Made by a program: the position numbers and the translations under genes. A stretch of DNA of 24,000 nt from Marinobacter sp. NP-4(2019) (GTDB taxonomy: Bacteria; Pseudomonadota; Gammaproteobacteria; Pseudomonadales; Oleiphilaceae): assembly GCF_003994855.1 (NCBI RefSeq), contig NZ_CP034142.1:2703278-2727277 (forward strand). The letters run 5' to 3'. This document shows positions 23,941 to 24,000 of this stretch, piece by piece; the first letter of the stretch is position 1; each line of letters begins with the position of its first letter. Under the pieces are notes generated by a model that saw only the letters and a list, made by a program, of their open reading frames with translations, did no database searches and had not been told where the DNA came from.

Positions 23941-24000
23941 AACGCAGAGCGCACCGGTGGCCTTTACAGAGCGAAGCGGCGTAAAGGACATTTGCGTGAC
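23937..24000 (-). repeat. attC-like element D (truncated by the window end)
   Basis: The plus strand reads TCATAACGCAGAGCGCACCGGTGGCC..., the same AACGC-type end as A, B and C. On the minus strand it ends GCGTTATGA, with the next ORF's ATG embedded. Confidence 0.35.

Larger units (their letters stand above)
20896..24000 (-). mobile_element. putative integron-type gene cassette array (distal end at about 20896; continues past the window end)
   Basis: Five related imperfect inverted repeats bounded by AAC...GTT each sit directly after a minus-strand ORF or ORF group. The ORFs are small and mostly promoterless, a TA module is present, and the DNA is visibly more AT-rich than the flanking core. 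No integrase is in the window. Confidence 0.5.

Noticed and set aside
20896-24000. The repeated elements as a CRISPR array.
   Set aside because: The repeats are long (57-84 bp), imperfect and internally palindromic. The intervening segments are 0.4-1.6 kb and encode proteins. No cas genes are present.

Overview
This is a high-GC gammaproteobacterial chromosome segment. The protein sequences look Marinobacter-like, but that is only a guess. No tRNA, rRNA or CRISPR array was seen by eye. Four blocks are visible.

(1) 1-8.6 kb is core carbon metabolism. It holds the 3' part of an ABC substrate-binding protein gene, glpD and a UDG-family gene. The Entner-Doudoroff pair edd-glk follows, with an ATGA overlap, and is divergent from gap-pyk across an AT-rich control region that carries palindromes.

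(2) 8.6-11 kb holds an Sbt-family permease, a strong terminator, a small unknown protein and an NhaR-like LysR regulator.

(3) 11.1-15.4 kb holds an ECF sigma/anti-sigma pair, a divergent S8 subtilase, an outer-membrane beta-barrel and a low-complexity secreted protein. Three promoters here share GGAAT-N16-CGT(T/C), which suggests one small ECF regulon.

(4) 15.4-20.8 kb is a minus-strand gene string. It is headed by a 1005-aa protein that fuses a complete multicopper oxidase, plus a type-1 cupredoxin motif, to a galactose/glyoxal-oxidase-like radical-copper propeller with a DUF1929-type tail. Next come a lipoprotein/CxxCH gene split by a frameshift and a RibD_C/DHFR-family gene. This is my best candidate for an undescribed system.

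20.9-24.0 kb is visibly more AT-rich and consists of small minus-strand ORFs. Each ORF is followed by a member of a family of about 57-84-bp imperfect inverted repeats bounded by AAC...GTT. I read this as an integron-type cassette array whose integrase would lie beyond nt 24000. It includes yefM-yoeB with a degraded higA, a DinB-family gene, a DUF2314-like gene, an HExxH protein and tiny membrane ORFs.
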